Source of the DNA: a virus
Length of the DNA stretch: 64,000 nt
Direction: 5' to 3' (one strand)
IMG/VR virus record: IMGVR_UViG_3300025162_000016
Coordinates: 1 to 64,000 of that record
Shown: positions 15,063-24,253 of the stretch, one piece after another
Numbering within the stretch: the stretch's first letter is position 1
Layout: each line of letters starts with the position of its first letter
Made by a program: the position numbers and the translations under genes
The notes under the pieces: generated by a model
Seen by the model: the letters and a program-made list of their open reading frames with translations, nothing else
The model's database searches: none
Told to the model about the DNA's origin: nothing

Positions 15063-15182
15063 ATGAAATATAACCGCATTGTAATTTGGTGTGATGAATG
15101 TGATACACATCTCATCGAACCGGGTAAGAAATGTCCTAAATGTGGTCATAAGAAGGGTGATCCTAAGCGATTTAAAAAATGA
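15063..15182 (+). CDS. Zinc-ribbon miniprotein (39 aa)
   Basis: CDEC...CPKC. Its stop overlaps the next ATG (ATGA). Confidence 0.4.
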   Translation: MKYNRIVIWCDECDTHLIEPGKKCPKCGHKKGDPKRFKK

Positions 15183-15856
15183 GTCATATTAAATTAAAAC
15201 ATCTTATTGAAGAGGGGTGGAGAAATAAACTCGGTGCATTGGGATTAGCGGGATCGCTATTAACTTCACCTGCATCTGCATCGCCGACCACAGGAGCACA
15301 GCATACCCATAATAAACCTGCAATAAAAAAACAAATTACAAAAGCAGTTCCTAATAAATCCGGTAAACCACCTATTGGAAAATCTAAACAGAACGTTGCT
15401 ACAAAAAAGGTTTCTAACAAAACGTCTGGTAATCCGCTTGCAGGTAAGCCGAAGCACGGTTTGGGTACAAAAGGTATCCGTAATAATAATCCCGGCAATA
15501 TTAAAAAGACAACCATTCCTTGGAAAGGAGTAGTAGGAACAGATGAAGAATTTCTTAAATTCGCAACACCGGAAGATGGTATTCGGGCAATTTCACGAAT
15601 TTTAAAAGTATATGTTACTAAATATAATTTAAATACTCCCTCACAAATTATGTCTCGCTGGGCTCCTCCAATTGAAAATCCTACTAAAAATTACATTGGG
15701 TTTGTTGCAGATAAGCTCGGAAAAAAACCAAATGATAAAATTGATATAACTAATGAAAATGAGTTTTCTAAATTAATTTCGGCTATTATTTCATTTGAAT
15801 GTGGTAGTATGCCATATGATAATGATACTATTAAACGAGGAATCAAAAAAGCATAA
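15179..15856 (+). CDS. Hypothetical protein with leader (MSHIKLKHLIEE), Lys/Pro-rich linker and conserved C-terminal domain
   Basis: Leader motif. GIRNNNPGNIKK...FATPEDGIRA block. Confidence 0.5.
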   Translation: MSHIKLKHLIEEGWRNKLGALGLAGSLLTSPASASPTTGAQHTHNKPAIKKQITKAVPNKSGKPPIGKSKQNVATKKVSNKTSGNPLAGKPKHGLGTKGIRNNNPGNIKKTTIPWKGVVGTDEEFLKFATPEDGIRAISRILKVYVTKYNLNTPSQIMSRWAPPIENPTKNYIGFVADKLGKKPNDKIDITNENEFSKLISAIISFECGSMPYDNDTIKRGIKKA

Positions 15857-15863
15857 TCGGCTC

Positions 15864-15892
15864 TTGACATTTCACCCGACATCTGATATGTT
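15864..15892 (+). promoter_or_regulatory. sigma70-like promoter
   Basis: TTGACATTT...17nt spacing...TATGTT. Confidence 0.4.
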
Positions 15893-15913
15893 ATAAACAC
15901 AATAGAAAACATT

Positions 15914-16225
15914 ATGTCACGAAAAACAAATGATACAGAAATGGCCGCACCTGTTGCTCCACAGGTGGTTACGGATAATCGTGAGCAAAGTGATACAAAA
16001 GCAATCAAGTATGTAGTTCTTCGAGATGGATATAGGGTTTCCGCAAATGAATATAATAAACCCAAAGATCCGAAAGCAATATCGGAATTGAAGTTTTGGA
16101 GTAGTGTTGAAAAGAATCATTCGTGGGGAGCCCCCGTGAAGATCGTTCAATATGATAACAAACTCCACCGAGTGTGGGGGGCTAAACCTATTGATGATAA
16201 TGTAGTAGAAACTATTAATAATTAA
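15914..16225 (+). CDS. Hypothetical protein
   Basis: ORF only. Confidence 0.45.
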   Translation: MSRKTNDTEMAAPVAPQVVTDNREQSDTKAIKYVVLRDGYRVSANEYNKPKDPKAISELKFWSSVEKNHSWGAPVKIVQYDNKLHRVWGAKPIDDNVVETINN

Positions 16226-16227
16226 TT

Positions 16228-16434
16228 ATGGGATTAATTGATAATATCAGAGTGGCTTCTAAAGTGGCAGAAGTAGAAAAGCTGTTTGTAGAAGGTAAAG
16301 CATATACCAACGCCTCATTGAAGACTCAACGTCGTTGGAAATATGTAGCAGTTAAACGTCTTAAGGAACTTGACGCAGTTAAAGTGGCTCCAACGAAAGC
16401 GCCGGTCGCTGAGAAACGGAAACCGAAAACATAA
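16228..16434 (+). CDS. Hypothetical small protein
   Basis: ORF only, followed by a terminator. Confidence 0.4.
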   Translation: MGLIDNIRVASKVAEVEKLFVEGKAYTNASLKTQRRWKYVAVKRLKELDAVKVAPTKAPVAEKRKPKT

Positions 16435-16453
16435 TAGTTTAGTATTCATCAAA

Positions 16454-16490
16454 AACGCAGTCCTCAAAAGGGATTGCGTTTTTTTGTTTT
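16454..16490 (+). terminator. Rho-independent terminator
   Basis: AACGCAGTCC-loop-GGATTGCGTT followed by a T run. Confidence 0.7.
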
Positions 16491-16552
16491 TACATTTCTG
16501 TTTGAGATAGTTATTACTGTAGTATGGTAGTGCTTAGTAAAATCTAAGACAG

Positions 16553-16933
16553 ATGCCACATATGAAAAATATCGACCAAGAAAATGAAAGTTATGTTCTT
16601 CCTTCAAATAATGAAGAGTTAAAATCTTTTATCTTCAAATATAAAGTAGACATGACAGAGCAGGTAATTTCCTCAATCGAATTTGCAATAAAACATAAAC
16701 TACCCATTGCGGAAATATTTCAATTTAAGGGGTCTAAATTTGTGGTTACGGTATCCCCGAAAGAATTCGATTGTAATTTAGAAAATATTTATAAATATTA
16801 TATTAAATCTGAGCAATATGAATTGTGCGAAAGAGTAATAAAATTGCGTGAAAAACTCCGTAAAAAACCAAATGAAAAAACGAAAAATTCTGCCACTGGA
16901 ACCCATTGTACAACCACAACTCCCAATTCTTGA
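16553..16933 (+). CDS. Hypothetical protein
   Basis: ORF only. The 3' end overlaps the phoH ORF. Confidence 0.4.
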   Translation: MPHMKNIDQENESYVLPSNNEELKSFIFKYKVDMTEQVISSIEFAIKHKLPIAEIFQFKGSKFVVTVSPKEFDCNLENIYKYYIKSEQYELCERVIKLREKLRKKPNEKTKNSATGTHCTTTTPNS

Positions 16934-17636
16934 TACCAGTCCAATCATTCCTCAAAGAAATAAAATAAAGAATCTTTTAAATATTTATCAACGCCCCGAC
17001 TTTACCGAAAAACAAAAAGAGTTTATAGAATTGGCACTTGATAAAAAAACAAAACTACTATTTGTTAGCGGACCTGCCGGAAGCACAAAAAGTTATTTAT
17101 CGGTTTATTGTGCGTTGAAATTACTTAATGATCGACGGGTTAGCGACTTAATATATGTTAGAAGTATTGTAGAATCTGCTGAATATAAGATTGGGTATCT
17201 CCCAGGGGAAATTGATTCGAAAGTTCTTCCATATATGGAGCCCTTGTATGACAAACTATCAGAGTTATTACCCAAAAATGAAGTGGATTATTTAAAAAAA
17301 GACCACCGAATAACTACTATTCCAGTTTCTTTTCTTAGGGGTCTCAATTTCAATGCGAAATGTGTTATAGCAGATGAGATCCAAAACATGACGATGAAAG
17401 AGTTAATAACTTTAACGACTCGTGTTGGGGAACATTCAAAAATAATACTTGCGGGAGATCCAGAACAATCCGATTTAAAAAATGGCAACAGGGGTGGATT
17501 TGAGAAAATAATGGGTATATTCGATGATGATGAATCCAGACAAAATGGAATTTTTACTTTTAGATTTACTGAAGAACATGTACTGCGAAGTAAATTAGTA
17601 AAATTTATTGTAAAAAAACTTAGAGGTCATAGTTAA
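16848..17636 (+). CDS. phoH: PhoH-like ATPase
   Basis: Walker A VSGPAGSTKS. IGYLPGE, VIADEIQN and LAGDPEQSDL blocks. The start may be the ATG at 16872. Confidence 0.75.
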   Translation: MKNSVKNQMKKRKILPLEPIVQPQLPILDTSPIIPQRNKIKNLLNIYQRPDFTEKQKEFIELALDKKTKLLFVSGPAGSTKSYLSVYCALKLLNDRRVSDLIYVRSIVESAEYKIGYLPGEIDSKVLPYMEPLYDKLSELLPKNEVDYLKKDHRITTIPVSFLRGLNFNAKCVIADEIQNMTMKELITLTTRVGEHSKIILAGDPEQSDLKNGNRGGFEKIMGIFDDDESRQNGIFTFRFTEEHVLRSKLVKFIVKKLRGHS

Positions 17637-18544
17637 AATGTTAAAATTTTTGGAGATTTATCGATTCCTTTTTTAAAACTTTTCCAATCAGATTCCCAAA
17701 TATATTTTATATTATATCCCATAGATTTTAATTTTTTAAATCTATCAAATGTATGATTATACAATTCTCCAAATGTCTTTTTAGATAAATCATTTTTATT
17801 TTCCAAATTATATTTTTTAGGATTTCCATGCCAATAATCACCTAGAAATTCATATATTGTATTATCTTCAATTCCATCCACTATAAACGATTTTATAAAA
17901 ATATTTCTATTAGTGATATTTATATAATTTAAAAATTCGGTTTCTGGTTTAGAAATTCGATGACCCGTGATTTTTTTAACTCCACAATGTTTACATCCTT
18001 TTCCAGATAAATGATTTCCTGGAGTTTGCCAGAACTCCTCATGAATTGGACAAATTATTTTTAATTTAGTTATAGAATTTATATAATTTATTTTGGAATA
18101 ATTATAAAAATTATTGTGAATTTTATTTGACGAATTGACAAATTCATCTTTTGTTAATTTAAGCGTTTTTCCACATTTTTGGCATCCTCTACCCATGAGA
18201 TGTTTATGTGGAGTTTGTAAAAATTCATCGTGATTGGGACAAATTATTTTCACTCTTGTATTAATATTTTTATAATTTACTTTGGAATAATTATAAAAAT
18301 TATTGTGAATTTTATTTGACGAATTGATAAATTCATTTTTTGTTAATTTAAGCGTTTTTCCACATTGTTGACATCCTCTATTATTTAAATGACCATTTGG
18401 TCTTTGTAAAAATTCGCCATGTTTTTTACATATTATTATAACTTTTTTATTAGATTTTTCATAAATTGTTTTTGAATAGTCATATTTATCACCATGAACT
18501 TTTCTTGCTTTTTCGATGAAATCAGTTGTTGTTAATTTTTCCAT
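17633..18544 (-). CDS. Free-standing homing-endonuclease-like protein (three Zn-knuckle modules + Vsr/PD-(D/E)xK-like C-terminal domain)
   Basis: Three copies of H(G/D/E)EF.Q.P..HL..(R/K)GC..CG. C-terminus IYEFLGDYWHGNP...YIWESDW. Confidence 0.5.
   Translation of the reverse strand: MEKLTTTDFIEKARKVHGDKYDYSKTIYEKSNKKVIIICKKHGEFLQRPNGHLNNRGCQQCGKTLKLTKNEFINSSNKIHNNFYNYSKVNYKNINTRVKIICPNHDEFLQTPHKHLMGRGCQKCGKTLKLTKDEFVNSSNKIHNNFYNYSKINYINSITKLKIICPIHEEFWQTPGNHLSGKGCKHCGVKKITGHRISKPETEFLNYINITNRNIFIKSFIVDGIEDNTIYEFLGDYWHGNPKKYNLENKNDLSKKTFGELYNHTFDRFKKLKSMGYNIKYIWESDWKSFKKGIDKSPKILTF
18092..18365. repeat. 189-bp tandem duplication inside the endonuclease gene
   Basis: 18092..18176 and 18281..18365 are near-identical (TTTGGAATAATTATAAAAATTATTGTGAATTTTATTTGACGAATTGA...). 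Confidence 0.85.
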
Positions 18545-18731
18545 GATATCTTTCTAGGTTTTTCTTTTTAATTTTTTCGGAATTTTTCCAATAATAACGC
18601 ATTGACTTTTTTCTATTGGCGTTTTGTTTTTCGTCATCAGTAAAATATTTTGTTTTTCTTCCCATAATTGTATATCCACAAATAGAGTTTGAAGTAAGAA
18701 AGACGTCAGAAAAATGTAAATATTCAATCAT
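18522..18731 (-). CDS. Hypothetical basic protein
   Basis: ORF only, co-oriented with the endonuclease. Confidence 0.3.
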   Translation of the reverse strand: MIEYLHFSDVFLTSNSICGYTIMGRKTKYFTDDEKQNANRKKSMRYYWKNSEKIKKKNLERYHGKINNN

Positions 18732-18909
18732 TTATTAAATGGCGTGTATGTTTTTAGATTCACCGAGGAGGATATTGTAAGAAGTCCATTAACTCGGTTT
18801 ATTGTCAATAGATTAAATAAAGTAAATTGAGTTGCCGTCATTGATCGGTTATTAAGAGATTTAACTGATAAAAACTATTCTTGAGTAATATGTATAAGGA
18901 TAGAACCAT

Positions 18910-20091
18910 ATGGCAAATAAAAGAATAGATGAGCTTAACGAACTACTACGAAATCAAGTAGACGCTAATGATTTGTTTTTGATATCCGATCTGAGTGCAT
19001 TAGAATCAAAGAAAATTCGGGCAGATGAATTACAAGCATATATCATAAATGGCGGGTCAATCACCGGATCATTTAATGGTACCGCTAGTTATGCGATACA
19101 GGCAAAAACAGCGTCGTGGGCTCCTCCTTGTATTTCTGCATCTTATGCTCTTTCAGCATCTTATGCAGATTTAGCAAATACAACATCCTACGTAGTTTCT
19201 TCATCTTATGGTCTAAGTTCTTCTTGGGCGGATAAATCTTATTATTCGGTTACTTCTTCTTATGCGTTGACATCTTCGGTTCAATTAGTTATTTCCAGTG
19301 GAATGTCCAATTTTGCCGATACTGCTTCTTTCATGTGGTATGATACCGGACGTTATAACGGAAGAATCTCCTATGCAGATGCATCAACCGCATCCACATC
19401 TTCATTTACTAGTTCTTATTTGTTATATACCGGAAGACATAATGGGAGTGCATCTTATGCTTTAACTGCATCCAGTGTTAATACATCGAGTTTTTCTAGA
19501 ACCGCTTCTTTTGCTAAAACCGCTTCTTTTGCTGAAACCGCATCTTATGCGACAACTTCTTCCTATGCCGAAACCGCATCTTATGCGGTAACATCTAGTT
19601 ATGTGATAACCTCTAGTTATTCGGAAATTTCTAATTATTCTAATTATTCTTCATTTATTAGTAGACCAATGGGGTGGACTATCATTTCTCCACAGTATTT
19701 AACTCAAACGATGGCTCGTATTAATACTATGAGTTTATTTAAGTCAAATGGAGCAATTCCGACTACTTACATAACGGTTACCGGCACGGTGGATTATAAA
19801 TATATTAATTTTATATCTGAATCTGTAGCATTGTTTGCGGTTAATCAAACAACAACTACTTCTAGTTTTTATGATATGATTCCGATATCATCGAGAATGG
19901 AAAGTACAATGGGCGATACCTTTACGGGGTCAGTTAGTCATTCATTTACCTTGCAAGGAGAGGTAGATTTACCATCTGGAAGTTATAGCGTTTATCTCAC
20001 GGCATCGTCTACTAATTTAACATTCGACGCAACCAGACGAATTAATTTTCGCATTGATAGTAATGCCGACAACTTTTTATATTCAGTATAA
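18910..20091 (+). CDS. Tail-fibre-like structural protein with S/T-A-S-(Y/F)-A repeats
   Basis: TASFAKTASFAETASYATTSSYAETASYAVTSSY repeats. Confidence 0.45.
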   Translation: MANKRIDELNELLRNQVDANDLFLISDLSALESKKIRADELQAYIINGGSITGSFNGTASYAIQAKTASWAPPCISASYALSASYADLANTTSYVVSSSYGLSSSWADKSYYSVTSSYALTSSVQLVISSGMSNFADTASFMWYDTGRYNGRISYADASTASTSSFTSSYLLYTGRHNGSASYALTASSVNTSSFSRTASFAKTASFAETASYATTSSYAETASYAVTSSYVITSSYSEISNYSNYSSFISRPMGWTIISPQYLTQTMARINTMSLFKSNGAIPTTYITVTGTVDYKYINFISESVALFAVNQTTTTSSFYDMIPISSRMESTMGDTFTGSVSHSFTLQGEVDLPSGSYSVYLTASSTNLTFDATRRINFRIDSNADNFLYSV

Positions 20092-20094
20092 TAT

Positions 20095-21999
20095 ATGGCA
20101 AGCATACCCATTACTCAACTTAGCTTTATTCCGCTACCGGTAACAGGATCGGATTTATTGGCAATTGTACAAACCAGTTCGATGACAACTTATAAAGTCA
20201 ATGTGTTTGATGTCATAAGTTCTTATCCGTTTCCACAGCTTGTATCTGCTTCTTTATTTTCATCGAGGTCATTATTTGCATCGCAATCCATTTGGGCAGT
20301 ATCAGCTAGTTGGGCATCCCGCTCATTATTTTCTGAAATCTCTTCTCAATCATTATTTTCAGTATCCGCTAGTTGGGCATCTCGTTCTTTAGTTGCGAAT
20401 AGTGCCTTTTATTCTTCTGCTTCAAAAGAATCGATGTATTCAACGTATTCTTTATATGCGAATTTAACCGGCAGTGAAAATTATTTTCCATATTGGTATA
20501 CCGACAAAACATTGGATGGTGGAAATTTTCAAGTAAATGGAGGGTTACAGAAAAATTCTCTTTTATATAATTATCCTGCCGGTGCGGGTGCGGGGACCGT
20601 AATTTTTGCTCCAGATCCCACTCTTAATCCCGCATCCACGATACCGGGATTTCCCGGCTATTCACAAGCGGGATGGTGGAATCCTTCGGCGGTAGCATGG
20701 GATGGAGAAATTTGGTTTGGCGGAGCGGGGATTTTTACGGCCTTGCCAATCGTTAGTACAGTATTCAATGGGACAGATCAAAAAAAGTGGCCATTCGCCA
20801 CTGCAAGTAATGCAGTTTTCTCCAATCAATATTGGCAAGGGAATTATAATGGAGGGCCTCAAACTATAGGTAGTGCTAGCGATAGTATAGCAACTGCATT
20901 CAATGGCAAATGGGTGCGTATAGCTACTCTTGGGGTGAGAGAAGGTCCAGTAGTAGTAGCAAATGCTTCTAAAGGGGAAGTGAAGATGTTGGATACTGGA
21001 TTAAAAGGGAGAGTTCGGATTAAAATAGCAGATGGCGGGAATAAAAATTACGGAGTTGTTGGATTTTATCAAGATATTGATATGCATCTTGATGCGTCTG
21101 GAAATATTCCACTTGCAACTAATGCAACTATATTTGCGGTAGTTCAAGATGGATGGGATGTAATTCGAAAATTAAGAATATCGGTAGATGGATCTGGTAA
21201 TAATGATCCCATGTTCGCATTGGATATATTTATTAACGATATACCGGATGGAGTATATGGGTTTTATATTGAATGTCAATCATGGGGAGGAGTAAGGTTT
21301 TTGGAAACTCCAAATATTTCCCCGATTGCTTTAGTAGATGCAGATACCGACCCACTTTTTCCGAAATATTTAATTTTCCCACCGGCTCCTGGACATTATT
21401 CAAATAGACCTTTTGATACAGGACAGCCATATGTTATTGGGGGACAAAATGTCATTATTAACCCTAAAGTCAATGAAATTACTGAAAGTGCCGGTTATGG
21501 ACATACCAATTTAATAAATCCTTATTCATTAGATGTAAGTGGGTCAATCAATACTCAACAGTATTATGCCAAAGGGCAGGCAGGATTAAATGCAAATTAT
21601 GTAGCTTATCATCCTAGTGATTCGAAATGGTATAATTTAGAAATAACAGGCGGTATTCCTGTTAAAGCAACGGAGACTACTTCTCCGGTAGCTGGACCTA
21701 CAGGCCCTACTATTATTGCAGCCGGAAATGCGACCTGTCAAAGAGATATTGCTCCTACCGAAAATTATAAGTATGGGTGTAGCATAACAAGAATAGACAA
21801 TCAAAATATCGGGGTAACCGGGGGATTTCCTAGTTCATATGCGGTCACTGCTTTAGCTAGAAATTCCGCTGGAACGGCAGCTACAGGTTGTAGAATTAAT
21901 GATCAAGGGCCAACTGGGTTTACAATTAGTCTGGGAAATTCAATTGAAGACGGATTCAATCCAACGGTTATTCAATTTATTGCGGTGGGCGGCGGATAA
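20095..21999 (+). CDS. Tail-fibre-like structural protein
   Basis: N-terminal SRSLF/SASWA repeats similar to the upstream ORF. Gly-rich C-terminal domain. Confidence 0.4.
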   Translation: MASIPITQLSFIPLPVTGSDLLAIVQTSSMTTYKVNVFDVISSYPFPQLVSASLFSSRSLFASQSIWAVSASWASRSLFSEISSQSLFSVSASWASRSLVANSAFYSSASKESMYSTYSLYANLTGSENYFPYWYTDKTLDGGNFQVNGGLQKNSLLYNYPAGAGAGTVIFAPDPTLNPASTIPGFPGYSQAGWWNPSAVAWDGEIWFGGAGIFTALPIVSTVFNGTDQKKWPFATASNAVFSNQYWQGNYNGGPQTIGSASDSIATAFNGKWVRIATLGVREGPVVVANASKGEVKMLDTGLKGRVRIKIADGGNKNYGVVGFYQDIDMHLDASGNIPLATNATIFAVVQDGWDVIRKLRISVDGSGNNDPMFALDIFINDIPDGVYGFYIECQSWGGVRFLETPNISPIALVDADTDPLFPKYLIFPPAPGHYSNRPFDTGQPYVIGGQNVIINPKVNEITESAGYGHTNLINPYSLDVSGSINTQQYYAKGQAGLNANYVAYHPSDSKWYNLEITGGIPVKATETTSPVAGPTGPTIIAAGNATCQRDIAPTENYKYGCSITRIDNQNIGVTGGFPSSYAVTALARNSAGTAATGCRINDQGPTGFTISLGNSIEDGFNPTVIQFIAVGGG

Positions 22000-22127
22000 A
22001 AAATCACGTTTTTTCTTTTTTTCTGATATATATTCATTGGTAATATAGATATATTATCATAATAGTGCCTTTTGTTAGGGCTATTAAAATTAACAGACAA
22101 TAATTGTTGTTAAAGAAAGAAAATAAT

Positions 22128-22634
22128 ATGAATATAAATAATCTAGTACGTTATAATTCAACTTACACTCCAACATTCTTCACCGATTTTTTCGATGACG
22201 AATTTTTTGCTCCACATGATGTTTTGATGGATAGAGTTTTTACTAAACTTTTCCCGAATACATCTAAAGAATTAGGTGGACCTTTATTTGAATCCCGAGC
22301 GTATCCTAAAGTAGATATTCGAGAAACGGATAAGGAATTTATCCTTGAAGCCGAGGTATCAGGACTTACTAAAAATCAAGTTAAAGTTGAAATTAAAGAA
22401 GATTCACTTGTTATTCGTGGTGAAAAACGAGATGAAGAAAAGAAAGAAGGCAAGTATAATGTAAAAGAAATTAAACGTTCTTCTTTTATTCGGTCATTTT
22501 CACTTCCATCGGATATCGTAGATAAAAATTCTATTAAAGCAAAGTTTCAAGATGGAATTTTAGAAGTTACAATAGCAAAAACGAAACCTATTCCTCCACC
22601 AAAACCGGATGTTAAAGTGATTGACATTCAATAA
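22128..22634 (+). CDS. Small heat-shock protein (Hsp20/alpha-crystallin)
   Basis: DIRETDKEFILEAEVSGL...VIRGEK...SFSLP...GILEVTIAK. Confidence 0.75.
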   Translation: MNINNLVRYNSTYTPTFFTDFFDDEFFAPHDVLMDRVFTKLFPNTSKELGGPLFESRAYPKVDIRETDKEFILEAEVSGLTKNQVKVEIKEDSLVIRGEKRDEEKKEGKYNVKEIKRSSFIRSFSLPSDIVDKNSIKAKFQDGILEVTIAKTKPIPPPKPDVKVIDIQ

Positions 22635-22653
22635 AGTTATACGTAAACACGTT

Positions 22654-22679
22654 CAGCCCCCGAACATCGGGGGCTTTTT
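22654..22679 (+). terminator. Rho-independent terminator
   Basis: AGCCCCCGA-acat-TCGGGGGCT followed by TTTT. Confidence 0.75.
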
Positions 22680-22723
22680 CATTGCAATGATACAATAGGC
22701 GTTATTTGTTATATTTATATGGT

Positions 22724-23566
22724 ATGAAATTTGAACATCTTTTATTAATTGCCGCTCTTTTAATGGCGGTCTGTGGCGGAGCATTTTCCATTATTGGGAT
22801 ATCCACTTTATTTGGAGGAACTCCTATATTAAGCGGGACAATGGCGGGCATTATAGAATTCGCTAAAATAATAGGGACCACGTTTTTATATAGGTATTGG
22901 ACAAAAACGATGGGGTATTTGAAAACGTATTTAATTATATCAGTTTTTATATTAATGGTAATTACATCAGCCGGGATATATGGATTTTTAGGAAGTTCGT
23001 ATCAGGGATCGTCTTTAAAATATAAAGCTCAACAGGAACAAATAGTTTTAACAGAAAAGACTAAAGTATATACTCAAACTAAAATTGATCAGTCTCAAAA
23101 TAGAATGCTTATATTGAATAAAATGCGGGAATCTCAAGAATCTCGTATGTCGGAAGCAATGACAAATTCTTATATTTCAAGAAATCCTATTCAGTTGAAG
23201 CAACTACAAGATCAAACTGCTGAAATGATAAAAACAACTGAAGCGGATACTAAGATAGAACAAAATAAAATAGATACCGCCATTACGGAAATTGCGGGTA
23301 TAGATCAAAAGGTAAATCAAATGAAATATTCGGATACTAGTAAAGATATTAGGACATTTGAATTTATAGCAAAACTTTTTAATACAACTCTTGATAACGT
23401 AGCTAAATGGTTTATTTTTCTGCTTATCATCGTATTCGATCCACTTGCGGTTGCACTTATTCTTGCTTATAATGTAATGATATATAAGGAATCGCAGGAA
23501 TTAGTTCATTTGGACGAAACTCCGTCGAAAGAAATTTCGGTTATCGAACCGTTAAAAAAAGTTTAG
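22724..23566 (+). CDS. Membrane protein with central coiled coil
   Basis: Hydrophobic N- and C-terminal segments and a Gln/Lys-rich helix. The 3' end carries an A7 slippery run. Confidence 0.5.
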   Translation: MKFEHLLLIAALLMAVCGGAFSIIGISTLFGGTPILSGTMAGIIEFAKIIGTTFLYRYWTKTMGYLKTYLIISVFILMVITSAGIYGFLGSSYQGSSLKYKAQQEQIVLTEKTKVYTQTKIDQSQNRMLILNKMRESQESRMSEAMTNSYISRNPIQLKQLQDQTAEMIKTTEADTKIEQNKIDTAITEIAGIDQKVNQMKYSDTSKDIRTFEFIAKLFNTTLDNVAKWFIFLLIIVFDPLAVALILAYNVMIYKESQELVHLDETPSKEISVIEPLKKV

Positions 23567-23596
23567 GAAGGAGAGGAATCACCCCCTTCTCTTTCC
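23554..23596 (+). promoter_or_regulatory. Candidate -1 programmed frameshift signal
   Basis: A_AAA_AAA in frame (23554..23560), 5-nt spacer, then an 11-bp hairpin GGAAGGAGAGG/CCTTCTCTTTCC (23566..23596). The -1 frame stays open to 23715. Confidence 0.3.
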
Positions 23597-23721
23597 AAAA
23601 AATTCCCAAGGTGGAGTCAAAACCGGAACCTATTGTTCCGGTTATAGTCCCCTCTCAAGTAATATCACCGCCCATAGATGACGCCTTTTTTCGAGGATAT
23701 TTTAAATCATATTAAAATTAG

Positions 23722-23750
23722 TTGACATTTTTATGAATAAATGATAATAT
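23722..23750 (+). promoter_or_regulatory. sigma70-like promoter
   Basis: TTGACATTT...17nt spacing...TAATAT. Confidence 0.45.
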
Positions 23751-23804
23751 TAATTTGTATTAAAAAATGAAGAATATATCTTTTGGAAAAATTTATAACT
23801 ATAT

Positions 23805-23978
23805 ATGAGCAATTTAGTTAAATTAAAAGCAACTATGGATCAATCTGATATTTCATATGTAATTGAATTGCTCACTAATGCAATACGAGACGAGGACTGG
23901 GACAGCGCAATTGAAGCCAGAGAATTTTTAAAAGAATATATCGGCGATGATGGCGGGCCTATCGAATTAGAAGAGTAA
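23805..23978 (+). CDS. Small acidic protein (57 aa)
   Basis: ATG...TAA ORF below the track cutoff, tightly packed before the next gene. Confidence 0.35.
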   Translation: MSNLVKLKATMDQSDISYVIELLTNAIRDEDWDSAIEAREFLKEYIGDDGGPIELEE

Positions 23979-23980
23979 TT

Positions 23981-24250
23981 ATGTGGCCAATTTATTTGTT
24001 GATTTTCTTTATCATTTTTTTATTGATAATGGTAGGATTTTTGTCTAAAGCTCTCATCATTCAAATTAAAAAAAATGAAATTCACGAACAGTGGATCATT
24101 GGACTTCAGAACAAGGTTGAAAAAACATATCAAACCATCACCATGTTAGATGATAGGCAAATGTTTGCCAAAGATGATGAGGTGGGAACTGTATTTCAAC
24201 AAATAGTGGAGATTGTAAAATCTCTTAACGAAATCACAACCAAAGAATAA
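23981..24250 (+). CDS. Small membrane-anchored protein
   Basis: N-terminal TM segment. Confidence 0.4.
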   Translation: MWPIYLLIFFIIFLLIMVGFLSKALIIQIKKNEIHEQWIIGLQNKVEKTYQTITMLDDRQMFAKDDEVGTVFQQIVEIVKSLNEITTKE

Positions 24251-24253
24251 GTT

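Noticed and set aside
16848-16933. Overlap of the 16553 ORF and the phoH ORF as a programmed frameshift
   Set aside because: The phoH frame is +1 relative to the upstream ORF. There is no canonical slippery heptamer plus structure. An internal ATG at 16872 gives a normal independent start.
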